A DNA stretch of 63,346 bases, the filler included, from Bigelowiella natans CCMP2755 (lineage: Eukaryota > Protista > Cercozoa): NCBI GenBank assembly GCA_000320545.1. It is 3 parts of 3 records of this genome, joined end to end, with 100 filler letters (N's around TTAATTAATTAA, not from the genome) between each part and the next. Parts side by side here need not be neighbours in the genome. Positions count along the whole stretch, not along the records: positions 29,608 to 60,894 come from ADNK01002794.1; positions 60,995 to 63,346 come from ADNK01002385.1; 1 more part is not named here. One strand, given 5' to 3'. Position numbers and translations under genes: made by a program. The notes beneath the pieces were generated by a model. It searched no databases, had not been told where the DNA came from, and saw only the letters and a list, made by a program, of their open reading frames with translations. Below are positions 50,901 through 61,880 of this stretch, piece after piece (within the stretch, counting starts at the first letter, position 1; the number at the start of each line of letters is the position of its first letter).

Positions 50901-51974
50901 AGAGAATATCCGAAGCTGCGCCCCTGAAGATCGGTTCGCCAAACACTCGTCGGACGGAAGCGTCCCCGATAGCCGGTTGGATTCAACCTGAAATTCGAAC
51001 ATGTTATTGCTCGCTCCGTCCGGGTTGTTCGGGTCGCACACGAACCCCGCCGGGATCGTGCCCGAGATCGAGTTGTTATATGCATAGAAGAACTGAAGCT
51101 GCGCCTCTGAAGATCGGTTCGCCAAGCACTCGTCGGACGGAAGCGTCCCCGATAGCCGGTTGGAGTCAACATCAAAATACTGCATTTTTTTGCTCGCTCC
51201 GTCCGGGTTGCTCGGGTCGCACACGAACCCCGCCGGGATCGTGCCCGATATCAAGTTGTTGTATGCAGAGAATACCCGAAGCTGCGCCTCTGAAGATCGG
51301 TTCGCCAAACACTCGTCGGACGGAAGCGTCCCCGATAGCCGGTTGGATTCAACATCAAAATACTGCATGTTTTTGCTCGCTCCGTCCGGATTGTTCGGGT
51401 CACACACGAACCCCGCCGGGATCGTGCCCGAGATCAAGTTATTAGATGCAGAGAATATCCGAAGCTGCGCCCCTGAAGATCGGTTCGCCAAACACTCGTC
51501 GGACGGAAGCGTCCCCGATAGCCGGTTGGATTCAACATCAAAATACTGCATGTTTTTGCTCGCTCCGTCCGGATTGTTCGGGTCACACACAAACCCCGCC
51601 GGGATCGTGCCCGAGATTGAGTTGTAACTCAAATCGAGACTCTGCAGGAACGTGAAATGTCGGGGAAGAGAGTTGGGAATCGTTCCAGTAAGCTCTCCTC
51701 TTTTTAACGAAATTCCGACTACATGCGGTTCTCCTATTCCGATCGGACGATGCTCACATTCAATAAGGTCATTCCATGTGCAGGGAGAGGAATACAGAGT
51801 ATCGTTGTACAATCCAGCCCATCTTGGACCAAGCGCGGACGGTCCACCTAGTGCTGTGCAAAGCTCTCGCAGCCCTTCTTTTTCGCTTTCCTGAAGGTCT
51901 TGCTCACTCCTTATAAAAAATGAAAGGAGGAGCGGAAGGGGAGGTGAAGAGCACACGCACAGACCACAATTCAA
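47916..51974 (-). CDS. Large LRR receptor-like protein: plant-type LRR ectodomain plus multi-pass TM C-terminus, no kinase seen
   Basis: 1352-aa ORF with LRRNT-like W..PCTW..IEC, many LxxLxLxxNxLSGTIP repeats, a GNMFGC cap, then several hydrophobic helices. Likely acceptor TTTTTTATAAG at ~51911, so the true start is upstream. Confidence 0.9.
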   Translation of the reverse strand: MNCGLCVCSSPPLPLLLSFFIRSEQDLQESEKEGLRELCTALGGPSALGPRWAGLYNDTLYSSPCTWNDLIECEHRPIGIGEPHVVGISLKRGELTGTIPNSLPRHFTFLQSLDLSYNSISGTIPAGFVCDPNNPDGASKNMQYFDVESNRLSGTLPSDECLANRSSGAQLRIFSASNNLISGTIPAGFVCDPNNPDGASKNMQYFDVESNRLSGTLPSDECLANRSSEAQLRVFSAYNNLISGTIPAGFVCDPSNPDGASKKMQYFDVDSNRLSGTLPSDECLANRSSEAQLQFFYAYNNSISGTIPAGFVCDPNNPDGASNNMFEFQVESNRLSGTLPSDECLANRSSGAQLRIFSASNNLISGTIPAGFVCDPSNPDGASKNMLLFFVDSNRLSGTLPSDECLANRSSEVQLQSFYAYNNSISGTIPAGFVCDPNNPDGASNNMFYFDVESNRLSGTLPSDECLANRSSWAQLQWFVASNNLISGTIPAGFVCDPNNPDGASKNMQQFVVKSNRLSGTLPSDECLGSRSSLNPSPLIRFSASDTIVSGHVPSSLFNLGSDEVSEFNDKGVLVLAKCRLSGTIPADLEQVTRTDLKIIDLSQNDLSGNIPDLTRTFPNLTILSLSSNRDLKGRLDSLPMASLQYLLIDGTRLNGDLDALGSMIAPKKIHLAGNQLSGTIPEALFLHPSLEEFVLSHNRVSGSLPNTVGSALGLKKLLLDTNRIQGRLPDTLADVLPVLRDIRLNLNQMSCEIPTGLQQTGVFDSTNGTGGGVSTPAVQIVQGNMFGCRGIETLREVDAYGKAYQCGYSAFLVPFIVSVVMGALVVGMGVWHVYRKGGIESSNWKLLWSWVQTREQGLLPRTSRGVFLLSGGIVGIGVLVVAAGIPTYGTASSHFECQYANKFSLAFVEEAPKSASHTHYPVEWVTTTLLALSIGGMAWIIAKSRPPRLYRKEDVALRFVGIGLPTSPSVPYASETKHALAAIGENQYKKLESKGDSDREHTSVGWQRYRTAQLVARIVLVITVLVVLIMSTSVAQVYVDISSRISDSNKNFLLYGITVMHVVLSLTVFPFGTKFVIGDLSELISGRRESDISFGVALLWNTVFNSLSNIFAPAISEAFGYDSCLRPLLISLPSTPEVRVTTDICRFVTESHGIQFCDQYLTLSTGEYQPHFHLRSDYCTSTLVRVFAPFFTTLALEMLLAPVFQRFASFAFSRPNKILLFVFGAKSFAAWPSTAREAGPRKLARAAEDIVKWAYGEQMILVGIILSMGIAAPIVAMAVAFVSAILALHYAHWISVLGTVINEREEEIVHAGETEVCCCLRAGTSYTQHPTVNAKTIASIFSFHNDTAFEL
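50395..51625 (-). repeat. 183-bp (61-aa, two-LRR) intragenic tandem repeat, about 6.5-7 copies
   Basis: The anchor GCGT(C/T)CCCGA recurs at about 50411, 50594, 50777, 50960, 51143, 51326 and 51509. Confidence 0.95.
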
Positions 51975-52177
51975 TTGACAAACATGTTGTTGAGTTCCAA
52001 CATAATGTGTGTACGGAAAAGAGAATCATGAGCTGGCAGGAAGAGAAATAAATGGAAGAGAGGTGGAGAAGTGAATTGCAGAATCTAGGTATGTTCTTCG
52101 ATCGCAAACCAACGCGAATGGGCAGGATCTCATTGATCCAAATCCATATACATCTGCACAAGACAGTTTGCTACCAT

Positions 52178-52641
52178 GTGGGACTCCAGGTTGGTCTCAG
52201 GGTTGGACTCCAGGTTGCGGATGAAGTCGGAAGCACAGTGAAAGATCAGCCGGAATGTGTCACCGAATCATCAGAATACCAATGAAACCTGTAGTCACCA
52301 TGCTGGCTAATGGAAGCCGGGGTTGTAGCTCCGCTAAATGTTCTGTTAAACCCTCCATCTCCTAATTTCTGCACTTGAAGAAAGTCATAGCCCGATTCAG
52401 TCCAGAATCGGTCAAATTCGATCCCCCAAATTCCGGCAAGGGTAAATGCACAATTGATGTTAGTTTCATACGGGTCAGGAGTCGAGTAAGTATTCCCTTG
52501 GACGATGACATGCGACTCGCACGTCCCTACCGCATGGACTCGTTTGGTCGTAGCAATCAGAAGAAGACATACGATCTTTAGCGCGTAGAGGGGCATCACG
52601 GGAACAGGGAATCGATCTTCAACCCTGATGCATACATACAT
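52178..52641 (-). pseudogene. Signal peptide + CUB-like domain + SPTW linker; candidate 5' exon of the LRR gene, interrupted by TGA
   Basis: Near-identical to 54055-54517. CUB motifs Y..N.NC, F..FWTESGYDFL and WYSDDS...SG. The codon at 52246-52248 is TGA where all three paralogous copies have TGG. Confidence 0.65.
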
Positions 52642-52693
52642 AGATTATATTTTGAATTTGAAAGAGAGAGGGAGAGGGAGAGAGAGAGGGGAG

Positions 52694-52750
<57 letters not shown>

Positions 52751-53324
52751 AGAGAGATAAAGAGATAAAGAGAGAGGAGATAAATTGTGAGTTAATAATA
52801 TTTGAGGAAGTGGAAAGATTGAAAAATATTATGTTTGCCGTATGTATAGTGTACATTATGGGTTTAGTATTTTTATTCTTCTCCTATTCCATCATGTGAA
52901 CCTCATTTTTAATCGTTTCCTCCTTCTTAAATCTCCTTTTCAGTTCTGCATATTCTTTGGGAACCGAAGCTCCTTTTTTATTTTCTCCAAGCAATACGGC
53001 AATTTGAGATTTGAAAACAGAAGAAAGTCGAGACCTCCCCTAAAGAGAGAAGAAAGAGGGAGGGGAGGCTGTGAGTAAACTACCGTGCACCTGTAAGGAA
53101 AAACTCTAATGTAACATAGAATGGCGGGAACCCTTTTTTTTTTCTTTTAAATTTCGTATTCTGATCCTATTCTTTTCTTAAAGCAACACGGCAATTTGAG
53201 TTTTGGGAGCTGGTGCAAAGAGAGAGAGAGGAAGAAAGAGGAAGAGAGAGAGGGAGACCTCCCTAGAGATGAAGGGCGGGGAGGAGGCGGAGGAAGAGAA
53301 TCTATCTTCTCATTCAAACCTATT

Positions 53325-53592
53325 TTTTACAACTTTCTACAAAAATATTGTTGTCGCGAATACCAAAAGACCTATAAAAGTACTCTTATAGATCTAGGAC
53401 ACACAGGAAAAATACAGTAAATAAACGTTCGGCCCAAATCATAAATAACAAAAAGGTCCTCGTCTATACCATAAATAGCATCATAAAAAATACTAAATTG
53501 CACGAGTATGCAATTTAGTACAGTATACCGGTATTTTTATGATACATTTATGGTGTTCGCGACAACAATATTTGTGTAGAAAGTTGTAAAAG
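53325..53592. repeat. AT-rich nested inverted-repeat element (MITE/foldback-like)
   Basis: TTTTACAACTTTCTACAAAAATATTGTTGTCGCGAA (~53325-53360) pairs with ~53556-53591. There is also an inner palindrome at ~53468-53555 and the hairpin TACTAAATTGCA-N6-TGCAATTTAGTA. Confidence 0.7.
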
Positions 53593-53981
53593 TGAGTTCA
53601 TCATCTAAGCTTCCCTAGATATAGGTTATTAGCTGGTTGTGTAACTCATCACCAAGGTGCTGACAAGTCCTTGCAACGACTGTTGTTGAGGCTCTGTTAC
53701 ATGTATACGCCTGTCTCCCATGTGGTTCTGGCGTATGTAAATTTGATCAATGCTGTATTCATTATTCATTATTCATTACTCCCTGCCCTTGTGTGAAAGT
53801 ATCCATAGAATCAAAAAGGAAAATAAGGAGGAAAAGATAAAAATAAGGTCCACATGATGGAATGGGAGAAGAATAAAAATACTAAACCTTTAATGTACAT
53901 ACATCAAACATAATAACTTTCATTCCTCCTACTTTCCCAAATATTATTATATTATATTATTATTAAATCACATTTTATCTC

Positions 53982-54022
<41 letters not shown>

Positions 54023-54054
54023 TCATTCTTTAATTCAAATTCAAAATGTAATCT

Positions 54055-56710
54055 ATGTATGTATGCATCAGGGTTGAAGATCAATTCCCTCTTCCTGTGA
54101 TGCCCCTCTACGCGCTAAAGATCGTATGTCTTCTTCTGATTGCTACGACCCAACGAGTCCATGCGGTAGGGACGTGCGAGTCGCATGTCATCGTCCAAGG
54201 GAATACTTACTCGACTCCTGACCCGTATGAAACTAACATCAATTGTGCATTTACCCTTGCCGGAATTTGGGGGATCAAATTTGACCGATTCTGGACTGAA
54301 TCGGGCTATGACTTTCTTCAAGTGCAGAAATTAGGAGATGGAGGGTTTAACAAATCATTTAGCGGAGCTACAATCCCGGCTTCCATTGGCCAGCATGGTG
54401 ACTACAGGTTTCATTGGTATTCTGATGATTCGTACACATATTCCGGCTGGTCTTTCACTGTGCTTCGTACTTCATCCGCAACCTGGAGTCCAACCTTGAG
54501 TCCAACCTGGAGTCCAACGTGCGGGTCGCATGTCATCGTCCAAGGGAATACTTACTCGACTCCTGATCCGTATGAAACTAACATCAATTGTGCATTTACC
54601 CTTACCGGAATTTGGGGGATCAAATTTGACCGATTCTGGACTGAATCGGGCTATGATTTTCTTCAAGTGCAGAAACTAGGAGATGGAGGGTTTATTAAAT
54701 CATTTAGCGGAGCTACAATCCCGGCTTCCATTGGCCAGCATGGTAACTACAGGTTTCATTGGTATTCTGATGATTCGTACACATATTCCGGCTGGTCTTT
54801 CACTGTGCTTCGTACTTCATCCGCAACCTGGAGTCCAACCTGGAGTCCAACCTGGAGTCCAACCTGGGAGTCCAACCTGGAGTCCAACCAGGAGTCCAAC
54901 GTGCAGGTCGCATGTCATCGTCCAAGGGAATACTTACTCGACTCCTGATCCGTATGAAACTAACATCAATTGTGCATTTACCCTTACCGGAATTTGGGGG
55001 ATCAAATTTGACCGATTCTGGACTGAATCGGGCTATGACTTTCTTCAAGTGCAGATATTAGGAGATGGAGGGTTTAACAAATCATTTAGCGGAGCTACAA
55101 TCCCGGCTTCCATTGGCCAGCATGGTAACTACAGGTTTCATTGGTATTCTGATTATTCGAAAACATATTCCGGCTGGTCTTTCACTGTGCTTCGTACTTC
55201 ATCCGCAACCTGGAGTCCGACGGTATCTCCAACATCGAGCGCGCCAATGACTGGGGCTCCAACGATATCTCCATCAACTGGGACTCCAACGACGTTGTCG
55301 CCTGTTCAGCTTTATGTAGACATAAAAAACGGAGAAGATGTTGAAGGTTTGTTTGAATTTATAATATATCTTGATATATCGTAAACGCACTATTTAAGTA
55401 TAAAGATGCTGTTATCTCTTGATATTCCATCTTTCTCGACACGTTTTCAATATACTACCTTCATTTTTGTATCTCACAGGAACTCTCTCCCTCTCAAGAG
55501 TGCCGTGCTATCCTCGCAACGATAGCTATACAATTATTAAAAAATGTGTGAAGGAAGATATTTCGTCCTTCTTGGGTGTCGGAACCGGAAACGTGCAAGT
55601 CACTCTCTCTTGTGGAAGCCTTATCATCGTCTTCAGGGTCAAAGTAGAGAACAACAACAAATACAAACAATTTAAGGCCAACCTCGAGACGAATGTAAAC
55701 GAAGTGATGCCCCGCACCTCCTCGCGTTATGGATCGATATCGATCATAAATATTAAGCGCCTAAATCGCACAGAGGTGGGCAGAAAGCCGTTAAAGGACA
55801 TTTATGTGGTTCTGATATGCTTTCTCTGCATCACAATCGTGGTCGTCGTTGGAGTACTGGCCATATATATGTGGAAGCCTAAACTGTTCGAGATAGCATT
55901 ATTAAGTGAACCATTCATGCTTTTATTTGACTTTCTGTTGATTCAATATAACACGGTGGCCAGTATCTATTTGCTCGTAGATTTATTTAACCTTGAAGAC
56001 CAGGACGTCCACGATATAGAGGCTTTGAGAATCATATCTCTCCTTTTTACTATACTTGACATTTTATTCACTTACCATGTTCCTGTGTACATTTTCCTTG
56101 GGGAATACTATATGTACTATTTTCTTGGGGAATACTATAATAATATAATTAAGGAATACTTCAATATTATGATTACGAATCAAATTGTTGGCGGAGTAGA
56201 GAACAAATCAATACCAATGGACTCTAGTAGTGAGGTAGCGATTAATCATTACCGTCATGGTAAGTTAAATTGCGCAAAGATCTGTGGACTGGGGCTTTTA
56301 TTCGTATTCTTTGCTCCCCTCGCGCTGTTAATATTGACCTTCATGTTATTCATGCGACCACCCGAGGAATTGAGGAAACACGATTACTATAAAGTGCGGA
56401 TGGAACCTGATATTACAATCAAAGGGTTGCTCCCCCTCGATCTATCCCTGTATTTCGCCTACATCTAGTAATTTATATTGCTAAGTTATACCTCATCGTG
56501 CTTTGATTCATTTTCACATACCTTTCAACACTCAACACTGTGCAATCTAATAAGTTTTCCCACTATCACAGGGCCGCTGCTCGAATACCGACGTTAATGG
56601 CTGATATTGTGCAATTCTCCATCTCCTTGGCTTTAATTAACGCACATGGAGCAAATGCGTTCAAGATGTTAAAGGCTGTTGGTTCCTACCTCAGCATAGG
56701 TGCGACGTGA
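54055..56710 (+). CDS. Signal peptide + 3 tandem CUB-like domains + SPT-rich stalk + SEA-like (CGSL) domain + multi-TM; +1 frameshift at ~54866
   Basis: ORFs 54055-54948 and 54683-55384 join if one G is removed from TGGG at 54865-54868. Intron 55347-55479 joins ORF 55419-56468 in frame. Probable further exon at ~56572-56710. Confidence 0.75.
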
Positions 56711-57762
56711 ATGATGTCTAAATTGAGAATTTTCTTCCGGCATTAAATTCTACAAAACACTTGCAATTTCCCCCCGTCTTCTTTGGGAATACATGCAAGA
56801 AATACTTACATAGATGCCATTAATCTACTCGAACTTCCTAGGGTATTTGGTGTTCTCTCTACGATTCGTTATTGGAAAAGGAACATCTCAGGTTAATGGT
56901 TCACGGAACCCACATTACAATTTTCCATTCAGATGTGTATATCTTATTTACGTTCTCGACATGTATATTTTGCCGCGGTTGCTTATAAATACAAAAACAC
57001 AACCATTATGTACCAAGCTCGTCATCCATACACACGTAGTGATTCTCTCGTCTATTTCTCTGCTTTTACCAACTAAATCTTCTGCATCGATCGCCTAATT
57101 TGATGTATTAGTCATCTTTGACAGCCTTTCTCTCCATCCATCCTGATTTGAAAATGTCTGCATGTGTCTTTCAGACGATGGCTATACTAGACAACAATGA
57201 ATACAACACCGATGGATCACCTAGCAGGGCCTATGATGTGTTTCTGTGTCATGTATGGTATTTGACAACAGCACTGTATCTTTTGTCCCATTTGGCATGC
57301 ACTGTGTCTACGCTTCCGATATGTACTGCTAGCCTTCACAACTCCGATACTTTGATACTCGAAGACGCTAGTGCAAGCATGCTTAGCATCCAGTGCTTGC
57401 AACATGGGTGTTTCCTAGTATTTTGTGTCGGCCATCTAGCTAGGTATGAGAGACGGGTGTAATGAAATGATTGAATATTTTCAACAGCCATCCTGATGTA
57501 TTCATACTATGCACGCGCAGAGCAACGCTAGGACGGGCTACATTGTTCATTTTGCATCTACTTGTCTCAAAGTGTCGACCACCCCATTGTGCATCATTGT
57601 TCTCACATAGATGGCCGATGCGAGGAATTGTCTCATCTCAAGTGTGATGAGTGCGGCTGCTCGTCCCTGCCTCACCTGCCCACTGTCAAAACTTCCTCTG
57701 TGGTTCTGTTGCTGTTTCGATGCTCCTGGGATCGCTGCGCGCAGATCCTCAGAGTCGAGAAT

Positions 57763-58026
57763 CCCATCCGTAGGGGTCCCGGTTTACCGGTTTAGCGCAA
57801 TGGGCAAGGCTTTTGGCACGGGTCCAGGGATAGCTCCCCGCGAAGCCCTTTGCTTGGGTGTCCACTTTGGAGGCAAGAACCACGCGCCGCGAGTTGCTGA
57901 TCTCACACGTGAAGGCCACAAACGCGCCACACTGCACAATCACGATCGTGATCGCCACACGTGCGTCGAAAGCAAATCAAAACTCCCACTACGCTAAACC
58001 GGTAAACCGGGGGCCCTGCGGATGGG
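57763..58026. mobile_element. MITE-like element, 264 bp, with ~35-bp terminal inverted repeats
   Basis: CCCATCCGTAGGGGTCCCGGTTTACCGGTTTAGCG (57763-57797) vs CGCTAAACCGGTAAACCGGGGGCCCTGCGGATGGG (57992-58026); no clear TSD. Confidence 0.7.
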
Positions 58027-58509
58027 CAACATTGACACCGCACACCTCGCAGCTCAGATTGATTCGATTCAATCTAGCAATTTTCAAGTTTGTGTTGTCC
58101 TGTGCCACACGCTAGCACGTGCAATGGATCGGAGTGCATGGTGCCTGCTAGCCTGGCGGGAGTGTGCATGGCATGCACGTGCCACGCAACGCACGCACAA
58201 TGATGCGCCGTGTGTGAAGGCACACGATGAGTGAAAGTTTGAAAAGATGCAGCGATCACGCTGCACTGCTGCAAAGTGGTGAAGGACTGACGCACTGCTA
58301 AGTTCAGTGCAGGTTGGCCATGCAATGACGCGTGTTCATGACCCACATCATTTTGCACATGCATGCATTTGATCTGGCTGTTGCATTTGTGAAGCGAGAC
58401 ATCAGTGCGAAACCAAATCTAGAAACGTCACAACGTTTTCCGGCTTCGATCATGTACATTTCAGAAAACGGCAATGCTAAAGTGCATGCTGTGAGAAGTA
58501 GCTGCAGTA

Positions 58510-58717
58510 TTATTTCACATTCCCAAAGGATCGTAGGGACACGGGAGCTACAGTTCCACCGATCTTGTTCATCGACGTGAACACTAAATCATCGCGATGG
58601 CATTGATGCAGGCAGCCGGTCGGGCAGATACCCCGCACACCATTGATTGAGGACCATTTTGAGCTGAACCACTCCATCATGTGCTTGAAATGGCCTCCAT
58701 GTCCACACCTTTCCGAT

Positions 58718-58749
<32 letters not shown>

Positions 58750-60077
58750 AAGAAGACGCATTTTAAAAAAAAGACCATGCAATACAGAATTCTGCTCGTA
58801 GATATGACTGCATCCGTCCTCCTCCCCACACCAACATCAAACGCCACCATGCGTTGTCAAGTTAAATGACCCTTGGCACCAGACGTAGAGACCCCGCACT
58901 GGTACTTGGCAGATTGCGCATTTAGTCATCGGAAGCTGACGAATGGAAAGGAAGGGGAGGAGGGCCAGTTACGAAGAACCGACCAGAATTCAAAGCGTGT
59001 GAACTGAGAGAACAGTGAGCTTCAACGCGACATGGCTATCTGCCCTGTCTCTAGGCAGTACCATCAACTCTTTTTGTTACTTTTTTTTTGTTTTTCATTA
59101 AAAAGAGAGCATGTAATGAAAGGAGGACTCCCTTCTTCGTGTTAGCAGCTTCTCACCCTGCAATGCTTACATACAAATCCCTTCTCTCCTCCCCTCGGAT
59201 CTTGGGCGGAGTGACCTGCGTTACGTTTCAATGACGATCCAACATTAGTAGGAAGAGGAAGGGAGGGGGGGGGGGGGAATACGTGAGCAGGCAAAACCCG
59301 CTACTTGGATTATCATCGTAGTAAACAACAAATCAAAAGATTAAAAAACGCTGCTCACCACATCGAGAGCACGTTAGGCCTATGGAAGCCTCTGTGTTTA
59401 TACCAGATATCGGCCCTGCATTTGGCAATGCCACGATTAGATTCGGCCCGGTGGTGCGCACACACAGAGCAACGTGAGCAAATGTCCATAAAGTGCATGC
59501 GATCATCACCTTTTGAGAGCTTTATAATCGCCGTCGCCTCGTTGTGCAGCTAATGGTGTGTACATCAAATGTCGTGAATAGCACGGGCAAGTAATGATGC
59601 TTTTGCATATGTGTGCATGCATCTACCAACGCGGATATAGGGTAAATACACGTACTCGCGAATACACGCGAATACACTCTCGCGCCAGGCCCCATCCCAA
59701 CTAGCAGCACCTGATGGCGGCGAAGTAGCTCTATGTAGCCGTATACCCATTTCGTCTGCCACTCCTCGTGGATCTCGATGCGTCCTCTAGTGAGAATGCT
59801 CACAAGCGCCAGCGTCTTAAAAAAGACAGTGGTGGTGGTGGTGATGATGATGATGGGGGTGATGATGAACGTGGCCATTTACGATGGCGGAGCGCAAGAA
59901 GGGCATGCCGAGGAAGGATGCGGAACGTTAATGCTCGTTAGTGAGCGCGCGCGCGCGTGTGTGTATTTGTGTGTCATTTCATATTACAGCAATGACGGCG
60001 ATCGATGGCTTCTACCTGCACGTCGGCCTCTCTCGCCTTTAACGCAAGCATATCCAGTATCGTGTCCTCTACAACCT

Positions 60078-60120
<43 letters not shown>

Positions 60121-60379
60121 CACACACACACATACACACTCGTCCTATATTATAAGTGAAGAATCTTCATCGATGACTCATTATACTCGAAACAAATTGA
60201 GCGTTGCGTGACCTCCATGTTCCATTCTCCAGCGCCGCTACACGCCAATAAAGACCGTAAAGACGACGAAGATGATGACAACGCCTTTTCGCCGCTCTTC
60301 TTCACTCGTTGTCCGTCCTTGTTGGATGGGGTCTTTCCGACCAGAATCATACAGAAAATTAGCAATCGTGTTGTGCACA

Positions 60380-60432
<53 letters not shown>

Positions 60433-60700
60433 ATATAAAATGTTTTAAGAAGAGAGAAGTATTTTGAATGATGATGAGGAGAAGCTATTTACAACACGCC
60501 TTTGGAAACCAAGCGCTTTCGACAAAGGGCAATAACGTAAAAAACGACAAATTCAACAAACAACAAACAACAACAACAACAACTAGAATGAAATGTGAGT
60601 AACCACCTTTGGAAAAGGAGAGAAAATACCATTTCGAAACCCTCTCCTCACGGCTGAAGGCTTTATCTGCGGAAGGGCGCCTGATATCCCACAACAAATG
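58510..60700 (-). CDS. WDR24: GATOR2 subunit WDR24/Sea2, 3' exons (5' part lost at the assembly gap)
   Basis: EADVQ, WVYGYIELLRRHQ, CAICQVPVRGLYVWCQG|CGHGGHFKHMMEWF...CPTGCLHQC C-terminal RING typical of WDR24. Confidence 0.78.
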
Positions 60701-60894
60701 CTATGATGAACATTGGTAAAGCATCAAGTTAATTGCTTCTCCTGTTTTCCTATTGTGCCCCCCCCCCGCCCACACTCCTATAGAACAATAAATGATCGTA
60801 GACCTCAAAGCAACAGAACCCCCAAAGATTTTTGGCTTTTTGCGAGGGGGAAGGACCTTTTTCGGATTGGTTGTCCCTATTTAACATCATCTTT

Positions 60895-60994
60895 NNNNNN
60901 NNNNNNNNNNNNNNNNNNNNNNNNNNNNNNNNNNNNNNTTAATTAATTAANNNNNNNNNNNNNNNNNNNNNNNNNNNNNNNNNNNNNNNNNNNN
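60895..60994. other. Artificial assembly spacer (Ns with TTAATTAATTAA)
   Basis: 100 nt, same design as 29508-29607. Confidence 0.97.
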
Positions 60995-61079
60995 TTTGAC
61001 TGCTCTCTCCACGAGAAGCTCCTGTAGAATAACGAGCTGCATGTAGAGAAACAGTTTCTTCCCATGTTGTTTATTGCAG

Positions 61080-61490
61080 CGACAAGGAGAGTCTTGCATA
61101 ATCAAGACTGGCGCTGATGCCATCAACTTCGGGATCTGTGATGTAAGTGCTGCAAAGGCCTCCTTTGTTCATCTTGTCACCTCGCCCCTCCAAAGCCCAC
61201 GTCGCATCCATCAACTAGTAGATTTGCTATGGCCAATGCATTTCATGTGAAAAGCAAACGCTTATGCATTTTCCTAATTCTGCAGGTATATTGGCCAATG
61301 AATGCAACGAAGGTCTGCCGCTGCTGCATTCATACGCACAGATGCACAGTTCTCCAAAAGTGTAGTATATTTGTGTGTTTCTGTATATCGCTCATTATTG
61401 ATCGGATATGCTGCTACATTTGTGTCTGCTTTCCAAGGGCACGCCGTTAGTGGAGACGCGGATCGTTCCAGTCTGAATATAAACACATTT

Positions 61491-61542
<52 letters not shown>

Positions 61543-61880
61543 ATAAGCATATCCGAACATTGTTGCGGGACTAGTTCCATGTGCACACGATCTGCGAGAA
61601 ATCACAACTACAACAACAACAACAATGAACGACGAAAACAACGATGACACACCCTTGTTTCGTCTTTAGGCGACAGAATATGCGAAGGACAAGTTCCTGG
61701 AGCGAGAAATCGTCAACCATGAAAAGTTCTCCTCACTCCACCCCCCATCCCTACATCAACCATTTATACATGATATCCATGAGTATATAGATAATATATG
61801 TTAAATATATATATGTTATTTATTCTCAGGCTCTTGAAGGAGCTCGAGCGTGCTGCCCTGTGCAAAGTACCCAAATTGGT
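61080..61880 (+). CDS. Fragment of a micro-exon-rich gene, product unknown
   Basis: Several short AG..GT-bounded open segments (GESCIIKTGADAINFGICD, VYWPMNATK, GTPLVETRIVP, ATEYAKDKFLEREI). Confidence 0.25.

Larger units (their letters stand above)
52178..54517. repeat. Large inverted duplication: arms ~52178-52925 and ~53825-54517
   Basis: Reverse-complement match covers the CUB exon, the (GA/TC)n tract and upstream AT-rich sequence (CACATGATGGAAT.GGAGAAGAATAAAAATACTAAACC). Confidence 0.9.

Noticed and set aside
50395-51625. CRISPR array or DGR-type variable region
   Set aside because: In-frame coding repeats with no unique spacers; changes are not adenine-specific and no template repeat or DGR-type RT is present.
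52246-52248. TGA=Trp alternative genetic code
   Set aside because: A single instance; the paralogous copies use TGG and long ORFs elsewhere need no TGA readthrough.
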